From an uncultured Acidobacteriota bacterium (lineage in GTDB: Bacteria; Acidobacteriota; Vicinamibacteria; Vicinamibacterales; UBA8438), in NCBI GenBank assembly GCA_913043225.1, contig CAJWLU010000003.1, positions 128,001 through 192,000 on the forward strand: DNA of 64,000 nucleotides, written 5' to 3'. Made by a program: the position numbers and the translations under genes. Positions within the stretch are counted from its first letter, which is position 1. The number at the start of each line of letters is the position of its first letter. The notes under the pieces were generated by a model. It did not search any database and was not told where the DNA came from. It was given only the letters and a program-made list of their open reading frames with translations. This document shows, piece by piece, positions 19,333-29,026 of this stretch.

Positions 19333-19453
19333 GCTGAAGGTCGTAGTCATGGCGCCAGGCCCTAGCGCCAGCGTGATCACCGAGGTGACGGTGGAGCCGG
19401 AGTTCCCGGGATAGGGCCCGGACGGCGTGGCGCAGGCTCTGGGCGGTGGACAC
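19333..19453 (-). pseudogene. N-terminal remnant of an ADOP/MacB-like ABC permease
   Basis: QSLRHAVRALSR (frameshift) NSGSTVTSVITLALGPGAMTTTFS resembles the ADOP consensus QDLRYALRxLxKxPGFTxVAVLTLALGIGANTAIFS. Confidence 0.65.
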
Positions 19454-19556
19454 CTCGGTCAGTAACTTCTAGGTGATGGTGTCGCGGGTGGCCCGACTAT
19501 AGCGCTTGGCCTCCGTCGGGATGTTGGCTGCGTCTCGGGTTTATAATCCGCGGGCC

Positions 19557-20123
19557 ATGATCACAGAATCCGCCACGCTGCCGTCGGTCGTGATCCTCAG
19601 CTGTTCGTTGAATCCGCAGAGCCGCTCCCATAAGCTGGCCATTGCCGCGGAGACCTTCCTACGTGGGCGCGGAGTCGGAGTGGAGCTCATCGATCTCGGC
19701 GAGCACGAGTTGCCGCTTTGTGGGACCCAGGGCTCGTTCGACCACCCCAACGTGCAGCTGCTGACCGGCAAGATCGACGCTGCCGACACCATCCTAATCT
19801 CGGCGCCGGTCTACAACTACGACCTCAACGCCGTAGCTAAGAACGCCATGGAATTAACCGGATCTGGCTGGAAGGACAAGCCGGTCGGGTTCCTCTGCGC
19901 GGCGGGAGGCAAGGCGAGCTACATGTCGCCGATCAGCTTCGCCAACAGCCTCATGTTCGACTTCCGCTGTCACGTGATTCCGCGGTTCGTCTACTGCACA
20001 AGACCGGACTTCACGGACGAGGGGCAGCCGGGGCCAGAGATCGTCCAGCGGACAGAACAACTGGCCGCTGCTGCAGTCGATCTCGCCCGGGGCTTGGCGT
20101 GGGCGCGCGCCAATCCGGTCTGA
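19557..20123 (+). CDS. NADPH-dependent FMN reductase
   Basis: SCSLNPQSRS, PVYNY, KN, KPVGFLCAAGG. TATAAT at 19542 suggests a short leader. Confidence 0.9.
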   Translation: MITESATLPSVVILSCSLNPQSRSHKLAIAAETFLRGRGVGVELIDLGEHELPLCGTQGSFDHPNVQLLTGKIDAADTILISAPVYNYDLNAVAKNAMELTGSGWKDKPVGFLCAAGGKASYMSPISFANSLMFDFRCHVIPRFVYCTRPDFTDEGQPGPEIVQRTEQLAAAAVDLARGLAWARANPV

Positions 20124-20136
20124 GATAGAGGAGATC

Positions 20137-20601
20137 GTGCCAGTGGCGAGGCGAGCCGCGCTCCGTATCCTCTTGGTTACCGTGTCGCTCCTGATCTCGG
20201 TCGTGTCAAGCCGTGCGCAGTTCGCGGCCGAGAACGCGGCCATGGGAGTGCTCGATGATTTCATGGGCGCGTTCAACGCCCGGGACGACGCGGCGATGTG
20301 CGGGACGTTCCACTTTCCGCACCTGCGTTTCGCCAGCGGGGCCGTACGGACCTACGAGAGTCACGCCGACTGTGTCGCCCAGTTCGATTTCGCTCGATTC
20401 GTCGAGCGCACCGGATGGGCGCGCAGCGACTGGGACCGTCGTGCGGTGGTGCAGGCGAGTCCAGACAAAGTCCACGTAGCAGTGATCTTCAGCCGCTACG
20501 CCGCAGACGATCAGCGGCTGTCGCAGTTCGACTCGCTTTACATCATCACGCGTGTGGAGGGCCGCTGGGCCATCCGGTCGCGTTCCAGCTTCGCTCCGTA
20601 G
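20137..20601 (+). CDS. Secreted NTF2/SnoaL-like protein
   Basis: Signal peptide; FMGAFNARD, HFPHLR, DKVHVAV, SLYIITRVEGRWAIRSRSSFAP. Confidence 0.75.
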   Translation: MPVARRAALRILLVTVSLLISVVSSRAQFAAENAAMGVLDDFMGAFNARDDAAMCGTFHFPHLRFASGAVRTYESHADCVAQFDFARFVERTGWARSDWDRRAVVQASPDKVHVAVIFSRYAADDQRLSQFDSLYIITRVEGRWAIRSRSSFAP

Positions 20602-20611
20602 CGGCGGACTG

Positions 20612-22450
20612 CTAGCGTCCGGGTATAGCGGTGTTCAGTAGCTCGGCCGACGGGTCGAGCCGGTCCCAGAGGAACCCGCCGAACCGGATCAGGACCGCGA
20701 TTATGGCTGCCAGTGGCGCGGCCGTGAGGAGACCCAGAAGCGGCAGTTGCCAGGCGCCGAGGGCCACATTTAGCACCTGTATCTGCACGAGCAGCCAGGT
20801 GCCGCTCACGATGACTCCCGGAAGCAGCCCGATGGTCATCGCGACCATCAACCCCAGGCTGGTGATGAGACCCTGTCCGATATGGGCGGCAGAGCCGGCC
20901 CGCCGCCGCCCGAGCTGGACCCAGCTGGGCCAGACGAGCGCCACCAGGTTCTGGAGCGTGGCTGACAAGGTGGCGACGGTCGCAACCAATGGTATGAGGG
21001 TGAGTAGGGCGGCCGCCAGGACCCCGAGAGGTGTCGTGCCCAGAGCTGTCGCGGTGTCGCTCACGAGCATGACGTCGTCCACCCCAAGGTGCCTGGTGGC
21101 GACGCCGGCTATCAACAGGACGCCGGTCGCCAGTGTGGCATACAGGCTCGCGATGATGGCCGGGCCCGCCACTTCGGCGCCGAACAGTCGCCATCCAGCG
21201 ACGGGCCAGGTGCGGATCAGTTCCGCGCGTAGCAGGTCGGTCCTCAGGTCGTTGCGCCACTGGTGACCCGCGGTCAGTGGCGTCATGACCAGGACCATGA
21301 GCGCGCCAACCACGAGAATGCCGATTAGCCAGATGGGCAGCGAAACCCACGTGACGGCGGCCGTCGCCGCCGTCAGGATGAGCAGAGCGCTCGCGCCGAT
21401 CGTGGTCAGCGGGGTGCGATGGGCGAGCATCAGGTTCTTCCAGAGGATGCCGAGCTCCGGTCGCCCCTGGGGACGGAGCCGGAACGGCGCCGCCCGCCGT
21501 TGCGACTGCTTCAACTTCAGGAACCGGGCTCCCGCCTCCTGGCTGGCGGCTAGACGCCGTGATCGGGCCAGGGAGGCGTCTTCAAAGCTCGCTTGGGAGC
21601 GCACGACCCACTCGTTGTGCGCGAACACCAGCAGCGCTGGCCACACCAGTAGCCCCAACCGTTCGACCACCGTTAACTCCATGTCGAGCCCACCCAGCAC
21701 GACTCTGGACAACCAGCGGAACGGTAGAACTAGCACTGACAGCGCTGGATGATGCTCGCGGAACCAGTCGGGGGAGAGTGGCCCTTGCAGCGTCGTTGAG
21801 ACGTCTCCCTGGATGTCTGGCACCGACGCGACGAGCGCCGCGATAGCGGGCGCGACCATCATCAGTACTAGGCTTGCCGTGCCAACTACCAGCACCCGTC
21901 GGCGCCAGGCCCTGGCGGCCGGGAGCTCGGACAGCTGCGCCATCCACAGGCCTCGTCCGCGCGCGTGGAGATTCCACAAGGTTAGGAGCAGCCACGTCGT
22001 CAGGAGCCGCCAGGCGAACACGGACAGGCGCCCGCCTGATGAGAAGAACGCGACGATGGCGGCGCCGAAGAGCACGCCCCACTGGCTCCGGAGAACCGCG
22101 TATTGGATGATATGCCGTCGACGAAGCGGAGCGGGCAGCAGAAGATGCAGCTCCGTCTCGGTGAGTTCAACCAGCGCCTTGCCGTAGGGCCAAAGCCACC
22201 AGAGGCTGACGAAAATGAGCAAGAGGAGCGCGCTGGAAAACTCCAGAAGCGGCGCCCATTCGGAGACGTCCTCGACCAGGTAGAGGGCCGCGTCACGATT
22301 GATCTGTAGCATCGGACGAAGCGCGAACAGCCCCACCCAGGTGGCGCCCGCCAGGGTGCCCACCAGATACCGGGGCTGCTTCATCAGGCGGAGCCAGCCG
22401 ACCACCCGCCCGCGGAGTGACCGCCACGCCAGATAGAGCAGCGGGCTCAT
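20612..22450 (-). CDS. Putative ABC exporter permease
   Basis: Multi-TM protein; ELHLLLPAPL, ILWKNL, RNDLRTDL motifs. Coupled to the ATPase gene. Confidence 0.82.
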   Translation of the reverse strand: MSPLLYLAWRSLRGRVVGWLRLMKQPRYLVGTLAGATWVGLFALRPMLQINRDAALYLVEDVSEWAPLLEFSSALLLLIFVSLWWLWPYGKALVELTETELHLLLPAPLRRRHIIQYAVLRSQWGVLFGAAIVAFFSSGGRLSVFAWRLLTTWLLLTLWNLHARGRGLWMAQLSELPAARAWRRRVLVVGTASLVLMMVAPAIAALVASVPDIQGDVSTTLQGPLSPDWFREHHPALSVLVLPFRWLSRVVLGGLDMELTVVERLGLLVWPALLVFAHNEWVVRSQASFEDASLARSRRLAASQEAGARFLKLKQSQRRAAPFRLRPQGRPELGILWKNLMLAHRTPLTTIGASALLILTAATAAVTWVSLPIWLIGILVVGALMVLVMTPLTAGHQWRNDLRTDLLRAELIRTWPVAGWRLFGAEVAGPAIIASLYATLATGVLLIAGVATRHLGVDDVMLVSDTATALGTTPLGVLAAALLTLIPLVATVATLSATLQNLVALVWPSWVQLGRRRAGSAAHIGQGLITSLGLMVAMTIGLLPGVIVSGTWLLVQIQVLNVALGAWQLPLLGLLTAAPLAAIIAVLIRFGGFLWDRLDPSAELLNTAIPGR

Positions 22451-23181
22451 GAGCCGCCGTCAGCGCCTGTCGCCCGCAGGAAGAGCGTTTCGAGATCGGC
22501 GTCCGCGTCCACATCTGGCAACTCGGCGCGGATCTCGGTGAGGGTGCCCTCGAGTACCGTGCGACCCTGGTTCACGATCAGGACCCGGTCGCACACCTCT
22601 TCCACCAGATGCAGCATGTGCGAGGAGATGATGATCGCCGCTCCGTTATCGGCGGTCTGCCGGACCGTCCGTTTCATTTGGCGCATGGCGGCTGGGTCCA
22701 GACCGGTCAGCGGCTCGTCGAGCACCAGGACCCGTGGCCGATGGAGGAGTGCGCAGGCGACCACGAGCTTCTGCTTCATGCCCCTCGATAGCTCGGTGGG
22801 AAACGCGAGCTCTCGGCCAGTCAGTGCCGCGTCACGGAGTAGCGTATCGGCGTGCGCCTGACCATCGTCAACTCTGTAAAGTCGAGCGAAGAGGGTGAGG
22901 TGGTCTCTCACCGTCAGGTGGTCGAAGAGATACGGCTCATCCGGAACAAAGGCGAGACATTGTCGCGCCTCGGTCGGGCGGTGGCGAAGGTCGAAACCAG
23001 CGATGGTGATACGACCGGATGTGGCTGGGATGATGCCGGCCAGACAGCGGAGCGTAGTGGTCTTGCCGGCGCCATTGGGCCCTACCAGGCCAAGGATCTG
23101 GCCCGGTTCCACGCGGAGCGAGAGGCCGTCGACGCCTTTGATGCCGTCGTACGCCTTCACGAGGTTAGTGATCTCGATCAC
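22447..23181 (-). CDS. ABC transporter ATP-binding protein
   Basis: GPNGAGKTT, LSRGMKQK, VLDEPLTGLDP, SSH. Confidence 0.95.
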   Translation of the reverse strand: MIEITNLVKAYDGIKGVDGLSLRVEPGQILGLVGPNGAGKTTTLRCLAGIIPATSGRITIAGFDLRHRPTEARQCLAFVPDEPYLFDHLTVRDHLTLFARLYRVDDGQAHADTLLRDAALTGRELAFPTELSRGMKQKLVVACALLHRPRVLVLDEPLTGLDPAAMRQMKRTVRQTADNGAAIIISSHMLHLVEEVCDRVLIVNQGRTVLEGTLTEIRAELPDVDADADLETLFLRATGADGGS

Positions 23182-23653
23182 AGGTGTCCCTCGCCAGTCT
23201 GTCGAGATTGTGTGCCGGATGTCCAGCGCCGCGAGAATTGGGGAACTAAGGGATCGTTGGTCGGTTGAGCTGCGGAGGTCGGTGCATAGGGATCTGTCGC
23301 GTCACGACACGAGCAGCAAGTAGTCGTCGCCGGTGACCGCCCGCGTGCCGCGGTCGTCGTCCACTGCAGGCAGCGAGCGGGCCACAGTCGTTTCGCAGTG
23401 GACAAGAGTCAGTTTTCCCGACGTGCCTAGCTTGGTCACCAGCGCTGCTGCGGTGGGGTTGGTGCTAGGTTGGGGAGGGCAACCACCGCTCTCACGTGCA
23501 TAGACCAGTATTCCCGAGCGGCTGACGTTCGCCGTCGTGTCCCGTCGCTAGGTCGTCTCGTCGCCGATCTGCCCACCACAGCAACATCGCGGCTACCATC
23601 CAGAGCTCAGATGGCATGACACAAGCATTTAAATTGCAGTCACTTACTGGTAT

Positions 23654-23669
23654 TGACGGAAATCCGTCA
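23654..23669. promoter_or_regulatory. Perfect palindrome, putative operator
   Basis: TGACGGA-aa-TCCGTCA in an AT-enriched intergenic patch, overlapping TTGACG. Confidence 0.45.
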
Positions 23670-23774
23670 CAGAAATTGCGGTATGTTCCGCGTTACGGAA
23701 TTGTTCGTTCGTGCGAGTTCTTGCCACTTGAGGGGGAACTTGGGTCCCCTCAAGCGAGCGAGCGCGTCAGACCG

Positions 23775-25013
23775 CTACTGGCGGGGGCGAGCGCTTCGGC
23801 CTGAAGATCCGCCGCGGGAATAGCCGCCTGGAGACGCTTGACGGCCGCCCGAGCTGCCGCCGCTCGGGCGGCCAGTGGCGGCCTGGGTTCCACCATTCCC
23901 ATTGTCACCGCGCCGTGGGGCGGTGCGTTCAGCGGGAAACGCAACACGGTCGATCTGGGTGTAGCCCCGATCCTTGTAGGCACGCCCCCGCGTCCCGAAC
24001 TCCCCACCGCCGGGTACCACCGCGTATGACGTGGCCGGTCCCAGGTAGTAGAGCGAGTCGTACGGCGACCAGCCGTAGTAGTAGCCAAACGGGGCCGCAT
24101 AGTAGGGATACCAGCCGCTGAACGCGTAGGGGTCGTACGCTCCGAATCTGTGGGCGTTGGCTCCGTCCCATCCGCCTCCTCCGCTTGAGCGCTGCAGCGA
24201 GAACGCTTCTGGGAACGACAACGCGACCATCAGATCGATGACGCTCGCCGGGACGCCGCTGTCGTCGAGGCGAACGACCGCGCGCCCATTTAGGTCGAAG
24301 GAGGCTTGACTCTCGACGAGCAGCGCCTCCACGACCGCTGGGTCGGCGATCTGGCCTGCCTCGATTACGTCGTCGAGCGACAGCGGAGAACTGCTGTTCA
24401 TCCGCGCGGCATTCACCGCGCGTGCCTGCTCGGTTGAGTCTGGCTCTTCGCCCCCAGCCGCGTGGATCGTGGCCTCATTGGCGCGGCGGTACCGCCTGAC
24501 CGTCACCGCCCCCCTACTGCCTGAGTCTACGAACTGGAGATCCAGCCAGGTACGCTCGTCGGCCATCAGACCCACGCCGGAGACCCGGCGGCTGCTGCCC
24601 TCGCAGACCAGCTCGGCCTGGGTGAACAGTCTGGCGCCGTCGCGAGACCAACGGTTCCGCCGCCAGCCGTCACAGGTCTCCTCATTGATGGTGTGCTGTG
24701 CGCCGTCGGCGATCAGGGTCTCGGTTAGTACCGCTGTGCCGTCGGCCACTGTAGTGGCGCGGACAGACGCCGGCTTGTCGTCGGCTTTGATGCAGACTAC
24801 GACCCGGTCGGCGAAGCGTCGGGGATCCGCGGTCTCTTCTCCGAGCGCTCCGGTCTCCTCCACCAACTGCCAGCATCCCATCCACGGGAGCCAGCGTTCA
24901 TCTGCCGTCCCGGTTTGCGCCGGCTGCGCCCCAGCGAGCGTAGCTGTCAGCAGCAACGCGCCGACGCTGTAGGTGACCCGCTCGACGATTCTGGAGAGGT
25001 GGTGCTGGGGCAT
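23775..25013 (-). CDS. Secreted hypothetical protein with Tyr/Gly-rich and Gly/Arg-rich C-terminus
   Basis: Signal peptide; RWLPWMGCW; VPASVIDLMVALSFPE; low-complexity tail. Confidence 0.75.
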   Translation of the reverse strand: MPQHHLSRIVERVTYSVGALLLTATLAGAQPAQTGTADERWLPWMGCWQLVEETGALGEETADPRRFADRVVVCIKADDKPASVRATTVADGTAVLTETLIADGAQHTINEETCDGWRRNRWSRDGARLFTQAELVCEGSSRRVSGVGLMADERTWLDLQFVDSGSRGAVTVRRYRRANEATIHAAGGEEPDSTEQARAVNAARMNSSSPLSLDDVIEAGQIADPAVVEALLVESQASFDLNGRAVVRLDDSGVPASVIDLMVALSFPEAFSLQRSSGGGGWDGANAHRFGAYDPYAFSGWYPYYAAPFGYYYGWSPYDSLYYLGPATSYAVVPGGGEFGTRGRAYKDRGYTQIDRVAFPAERTAPRRGDNGNGGTQAATGRPSGGSSGGRQASPGGYSRGGSSGRSARPRQ

Positions 25014-25040
25014 GGTGTCCTCATGCGCTACGGAGGTGAA

Positions 25041-25850
25041 TCAGAAGACGAACTCGAGACCGCCCGTGATCCGGAGCCCGCTCAGTTCGATGGTATCAAA
25101 GCCGACGAAATAGTCTGACGGGCGAGTGCGCGCCCACGCCTGCCGCGCCTCCAGGGTAAGAAATATCTGTTTCCGCACTGCGATGCTGACTCCGCCGAAG
25201 ACGTGTCCGCTCCAGGCCCACCCGCGGGTCCGGAAATCGTCGGTGAAGATGCTGAGGTCCACGAAGTCGACGAAGTCGCCGAACTGCTGAAATTGATACC
25301 ACTGGCCACCGCCTCCGGCTCCAACAAAGGGTGCCATTCGCCTGGGCACCCAGGCGAAGCGCCCGATCTGGCGGCCCCGCGGAACGAGCCACAGCCGGAG
25401 GCTGCCCTGCACCGGGACTCTCGTGAACTCGGTGGCCTGCGTAATCGGGAGTCCGTCGTCTTCGACGAACTCGCGGTACTCCGATTGCACTCTCGCCTGG
25501 CTGAAGCCGACCTCCGCTAGCAGATCAAGCCGCGAGGTTAGGGCGCGGCCGGCCGAAAGGCGCACCGCGACGGTGTCGAAATCGCCGTCCTCGATCGTTA
25601 ACTCGTTTCGAACGAAGTCGAAGAGGTCGCCGGTGTCGGTACCGGCTAGCCAACCTCCAGCGATTCCGAGCACCGTCCGCGGCTGCCCGAACAGAAAATC
25701 GGCCCCTGGGGGGGACGCTGGCTGCGCCGCGGTGCCGGATCTCGGAGCCTCCTCGGAGGAGCCGGCCGCGCTTGGCAGCGGTGCCAGGAGCAGTGCGATG
25801 AGAGGCACCAACGTAGACCGAAGCAGAGAACGGGGGCGGGGATCAGACAT
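25041..25850 (-). CDS. Outer-membrane beta-barrel protein
   Basis: Signal peptide, amphipathic strands (PFVGAGGG, GHVFGG), terminal LEFVF. Confidence 0.8.
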   Translation of the reverse strand: MSDPRPRSLLRSTLVPLIALLLAPLPSAAGSSEEAPRSGTAAQPASPPGADFLFGQPRTVLGIAGGWLAGTDTGDLFDFVRNELTIEDGDFDTVAVRLSAGRALTSRLDLLAEVGFSQARVQSEYREFVEDDGLPITQATEFTRVPVQGSLRLWLVPRGRQIGRFAWVPRRMAPFVGAGGGGQWYQFQQFGDFVDFVDLSIFTDDFRTRGWAWSGHVFGGVSIAVRKQIFLTLEARQAWARTRPSDYFVGFDTIELSGLRITGGLEFVF

Positions 25851-25915
25851 TCATGGCCACGGCGGGCAGGCACTAATCTCATGCTACCGTTCAAGCACCG
25901 GGCAGACCGATTCGC

Positions 25916-27086
25916 ATGCTATCACCAACCACACGCAGCGTGCTCGACTGGCTACGTCTTAGCCTTGGCGGCGCCGTTCTGGGGTTGGCGTTGCTGGCCA
26001 CCCTTCCCCCAGCCAACGCTCAGATCTGGCTGTTGTCGGTGCCGTTACTTGAGGGTGGCTACTGGTCGGTCATCCTGCTGCCGCTCTTGTGCTGGCCGCG
26101 CTGGCGCGCTCGTCGGCGGGTCTCTCGGGGTAATCGGGGTGCTGTTACTCGTCGCGCCGGTTGTCACCGCCCTTTCGGTAGGGCACCAATTTCCCGCGCA
26201 GTTCGCCCAGGCCTTTCCTGACCGCCCGGCTGCCCTCGACGGGCCGGCTCGCCAGGCGCCGCTCGTCCTAAGCGACCTCTTCCTGGGCGTGCGATCGGAA
26301 GATGTGGTGGTGAAAGAGCGCGTCTTCGACGTTGTCGACGGCGTCGAGCTGGTGCTGGACGTTTACCGGCCGTCGGCGCAACACCCGCCGCTTCCTGGTG
26401 TGGTGATGGTCCACGGCGGATCCTGGCAGGGTGGTAGTCGCAAGGATTTCCCGGCTCTGAACCGCTACCTCGCCGCGCGCGGCTATGTGGTTGCCGCGAT
26501 TTCGTATCGCTTCTCGCCGCGGTTCCTGTTCCCTGCCGCGCTGGACGATGTCTCGGCCGCTCTTGGGTATCTCGAGGCCCATGCACTGGAGCTTGGCCTC
26601 GACCGCGACCGACTCGCGTTGGTGGGGCGGTCGGCTGGTGGACAGCTGGCGCTCATTGCCGGTTATCGGCTCGATCATCCAGCCATCAAGGCGGTGGTGT
26701 CCCTTTATGGCCCGGTCGCTCTACGGTGGGGCTTCTTCAATCCCGCCAAGCGCTCGATCATCGACTCGAGCGCCGTCCTCGAAGCGTATCTCGGGGGATC
26801 GCCCACGACCCACGGCTCCCAGTACGATGCCGCCTCGCCGCTGGCGCACGTGGGACACCACACCCCGCCGACGCTACTTGTGAGCGGGGCCAGAGACGAA
26901 TTAGTCTCTCCGTTCCACGCCGAATTCCTGTCCGATCGGCTCATCCGTGCCGACGTGCCGCATGTGGTGGTGCGGCTGCCGTGGGGTGTACACGGGTGCG
27001 ATTTCTTCTTCCGCGGGCCTTGTGGGCAGTTGTCGACGTTTGCCGTGGAGCGGTTCCTGGCGGCAGCGCTGGGAACGCCCGGCTGA
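25916..27086 (+). pseudogene. Membrane-anchored alpha/beta hydrolase (lipase/esterase) with a frameshift near 26105
   Basis: TM N-terminus is in the frame of ORF 25916. HGGSW, GRSAGG, D and HG catalytic motifs are in the frame of ORF 25881. Could be a real lesion or a sequencing error. Confidence 0.75.
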
Positions 27087-27172
27087 CCCGCGTTCAAGGT
27101 TTGTCCTGGTAACCCTAGGGTAGAATCGATCCATCCTGTCCCGTTCCGCACTCCAGTCTACGGAGGTCGTTC

Positions 27173-28714
27173 ATGGCACGCCTGATTGTCGCTGTCGTCC
27201 TGTTGTTTTCGCTTGCCGGTTCAGCGCACGCCCAGTTTGACAGTGTCGGTTCGCTCGAGTTTCCGACGTCAGGTGCTCCAGAAGCGCAGCAGCACTTCCT
27301 CAGAGGTGTGGCTATTCTTCACAGCTTTGGATGGAAACAGGCAATCGAGGAATTCCAGGCGGCGCAGCGTCTGGATCCGGACTTCGCCCTCGCCTATTGG
27401 GGCGAGACGCTCTGCTACAACCATCCGCTCTTCGTGACGGCTCCCGACGACGAGAACCCTCGGGCCGTGCTCGATCGACTGGGGCCCACTCCGGAGGCGC
27501 GTCAGGCCAAGGCGCCAACCGATCGTGAGAAGGGTTTCCTGCGGGCTGTTGAGATCCTATGGGGTGAGGGCGACTACAACGATCGCCGCGTCGCCTACAT
27601 GGAGGCGATGATCCGGTTGCACGATCGGTTTCCTGACGACGATGAGGTCGCGGCCTTCACCGCCGTGGCGATGCTGAGCGCGGCACGGGCGCTGAATGAT
27701 CGGACCTTTCGCTATGAGATGCAGGCGGGTGCGATTGCATTGAAGGTGTTCGGTAAGAAGCCGGACCATCCCGGGGCGCCGCACTACGCGATTCACGCAT
27801 TCGATGACCCCACGCACGCACCCCTCGCGCTGCTGGCGGCCTTGCGTTACGCCGAGATCGCGCCGGCGGTGTCGCACGCTCGGCATATGCCGACCCACAT
27901 CTTCATCCAGCACGGTATGTGGCAGCTTGTGTCGGAGCACAACCAGAGTGCGTATGACGCGGCTCGGGCGCTGTGGCAGCCTGGCGATAGCGTGGGCGAT
28001 GGCGTGCATGCACTCGATTGGGGGCAGTACGGCGACCTTCAGCTCGGCGACTACGCGAAGGCGCGCACCTGGATGGAACGGCTGCAGATGGTGGCCGACC
28101 AGAGTGACGGCCAGGCACGGGCCGTTAACAGCATCGGGTTGCTCCGCGCCCGCTATGTCGTGGAGACCGAGGCATGGAACGTGGTGCCGGTTACCGAGGA
28201 ACTGTCGGCGCCGGAGTTGCTTGCCACCGGGTTGAGCGGCGTCAAGACGGGTGACCTCAATACCGCCGAGCAGGCCATTGCCCGGCTCGAGGATTTGGCC
28301 GAGGATGACCAGTCGGCTCGGATTATGCACCGGGAGGTGGCAGCGTTGCTCGCGCTCGCGCGGGGAGACGGCGACGGGGCGGTCGCGCTGATGGACGAGG
28401 CCCTTGAGGTGGTTGCCGATATGCGGCTGCCTAACGGCGCTGCTAATCCAGTCAAGCCACCCTACGAGCTGTATGGCGAGATCCTGCTCATGCTCGACCG
28501 TCCGAAGGAGGCGCGCGACAGGTTCGAGACGTCGCTGCTGCGTATGCCGGGCCGATCACGGTCTCTGCTTGGCGCGGCCCGCGCAGCGAGTGCCGCCGGT
28601 GATCAAACGGGCGCTACTGGGTACTACCGCACCCTGCTGTCGAACTGGACAGGTCGCGACCAGCTGCCGGAGTACGGAGAGGCAGCACGCTTCGTCGACC
28701 AGACCAACAACTAG
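27173..28714 (+). CDS. Secreted tetratricopeptide-repeat protein
   Basis: GGAGG RBS, signal peptide, FLRGVAILHSF, DPDFALAYWGE, HPGAPHYAIHAFD, HARHMPTHIF. Confidence 0.88.
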   Translation: MARLIVAVVLLFSLAGSAHAQFDSVGSLEFPTSGAPEAQQHFLRGVAILHSFGWKQAIEEFQAAQRLDPDFALAYWGETLCYNHPLFVTAPDDENPRAVLDRLGPTPEARQAKAPTDREKGFLRAVEILWGEGDYNDRRVAYMEAMIRLHDRFPDDDEVAAFTAVAMLSAARALNDRTFRYEMQAGAIALKVFGKKPDHPGAPHYAIHAFDDPTHAPLALLAALRYAEIAPAVSHARHMPTHIFIQHGMWQLVSEHNQSAYDAARALWQPGDSVGDGVHALDWGQYGDLQLGDYAKARTWMERLQMVADQSDGQARAVNSIGLLRARYVVETEAWNVVPVTEELSAPELLATGLSGVKTGDLNTAEQAIARLEDLAEDDQSARIMHREVAALLALARGDGDGAVALMDEALEVVADMRLPNGAANPVKPPYELYGEILLMLDRPKEARDRFETSLLRMPGRSRSLLGAARAASAAGDQTGATGYYRTLLSNWTGRDQLPEYGEAARFVDQTNN

Positions 28715-28782
28715 CGGATAGGCAGGTGGACCCGCCCGGGTCCGCCCCAGCCGTTCACTGTTTCCCGAGCCAGCGTTGACAT

Positions 28783-28824
28783 CCACGGCGGGCCGGTGCG
28801 CCTCGGCGTGCGGGCCCGCCGTGG
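28783..28824. other. GC-rich hairpin between the TPR gene and lysC
   Basis: CCACGGCGGGCC (28783-28794) pairs with GGCCCGCCGTGG (28813-28824). Confidence 0.5.
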
Positions 28825-29026
28825 GATGGGACCGTGTCTACGTCAATAGTCGTCTCATTGGCGTTCGCCATGATCTGGCAGTGCTGCTGTGCCTTGCTTC
28901 GCTAGGAATGGTCCGTCCGAGACCGAGCGCCCGTCCGTATCTCCTGGACGCCTCCCATCTGATCCCGTGCGCTACGCCGGTTGTTGGCCTCCGTGCGATA
29001 ATGCGCCGCTCTCGCGAGATCTCACG

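Noticed and set aside
23182..23617. Short ORFs in the gap upstream of the ABC ATPase
   Set aside because: Interrupted by stops with no recognisable motif; probably decayed sequence.
28715..29026. Lysine riboswitch upstream of lysC
   Set aside because: Only a simple hairpin is present; no L-box AGAGG-GC...CCGA signature was recognised.
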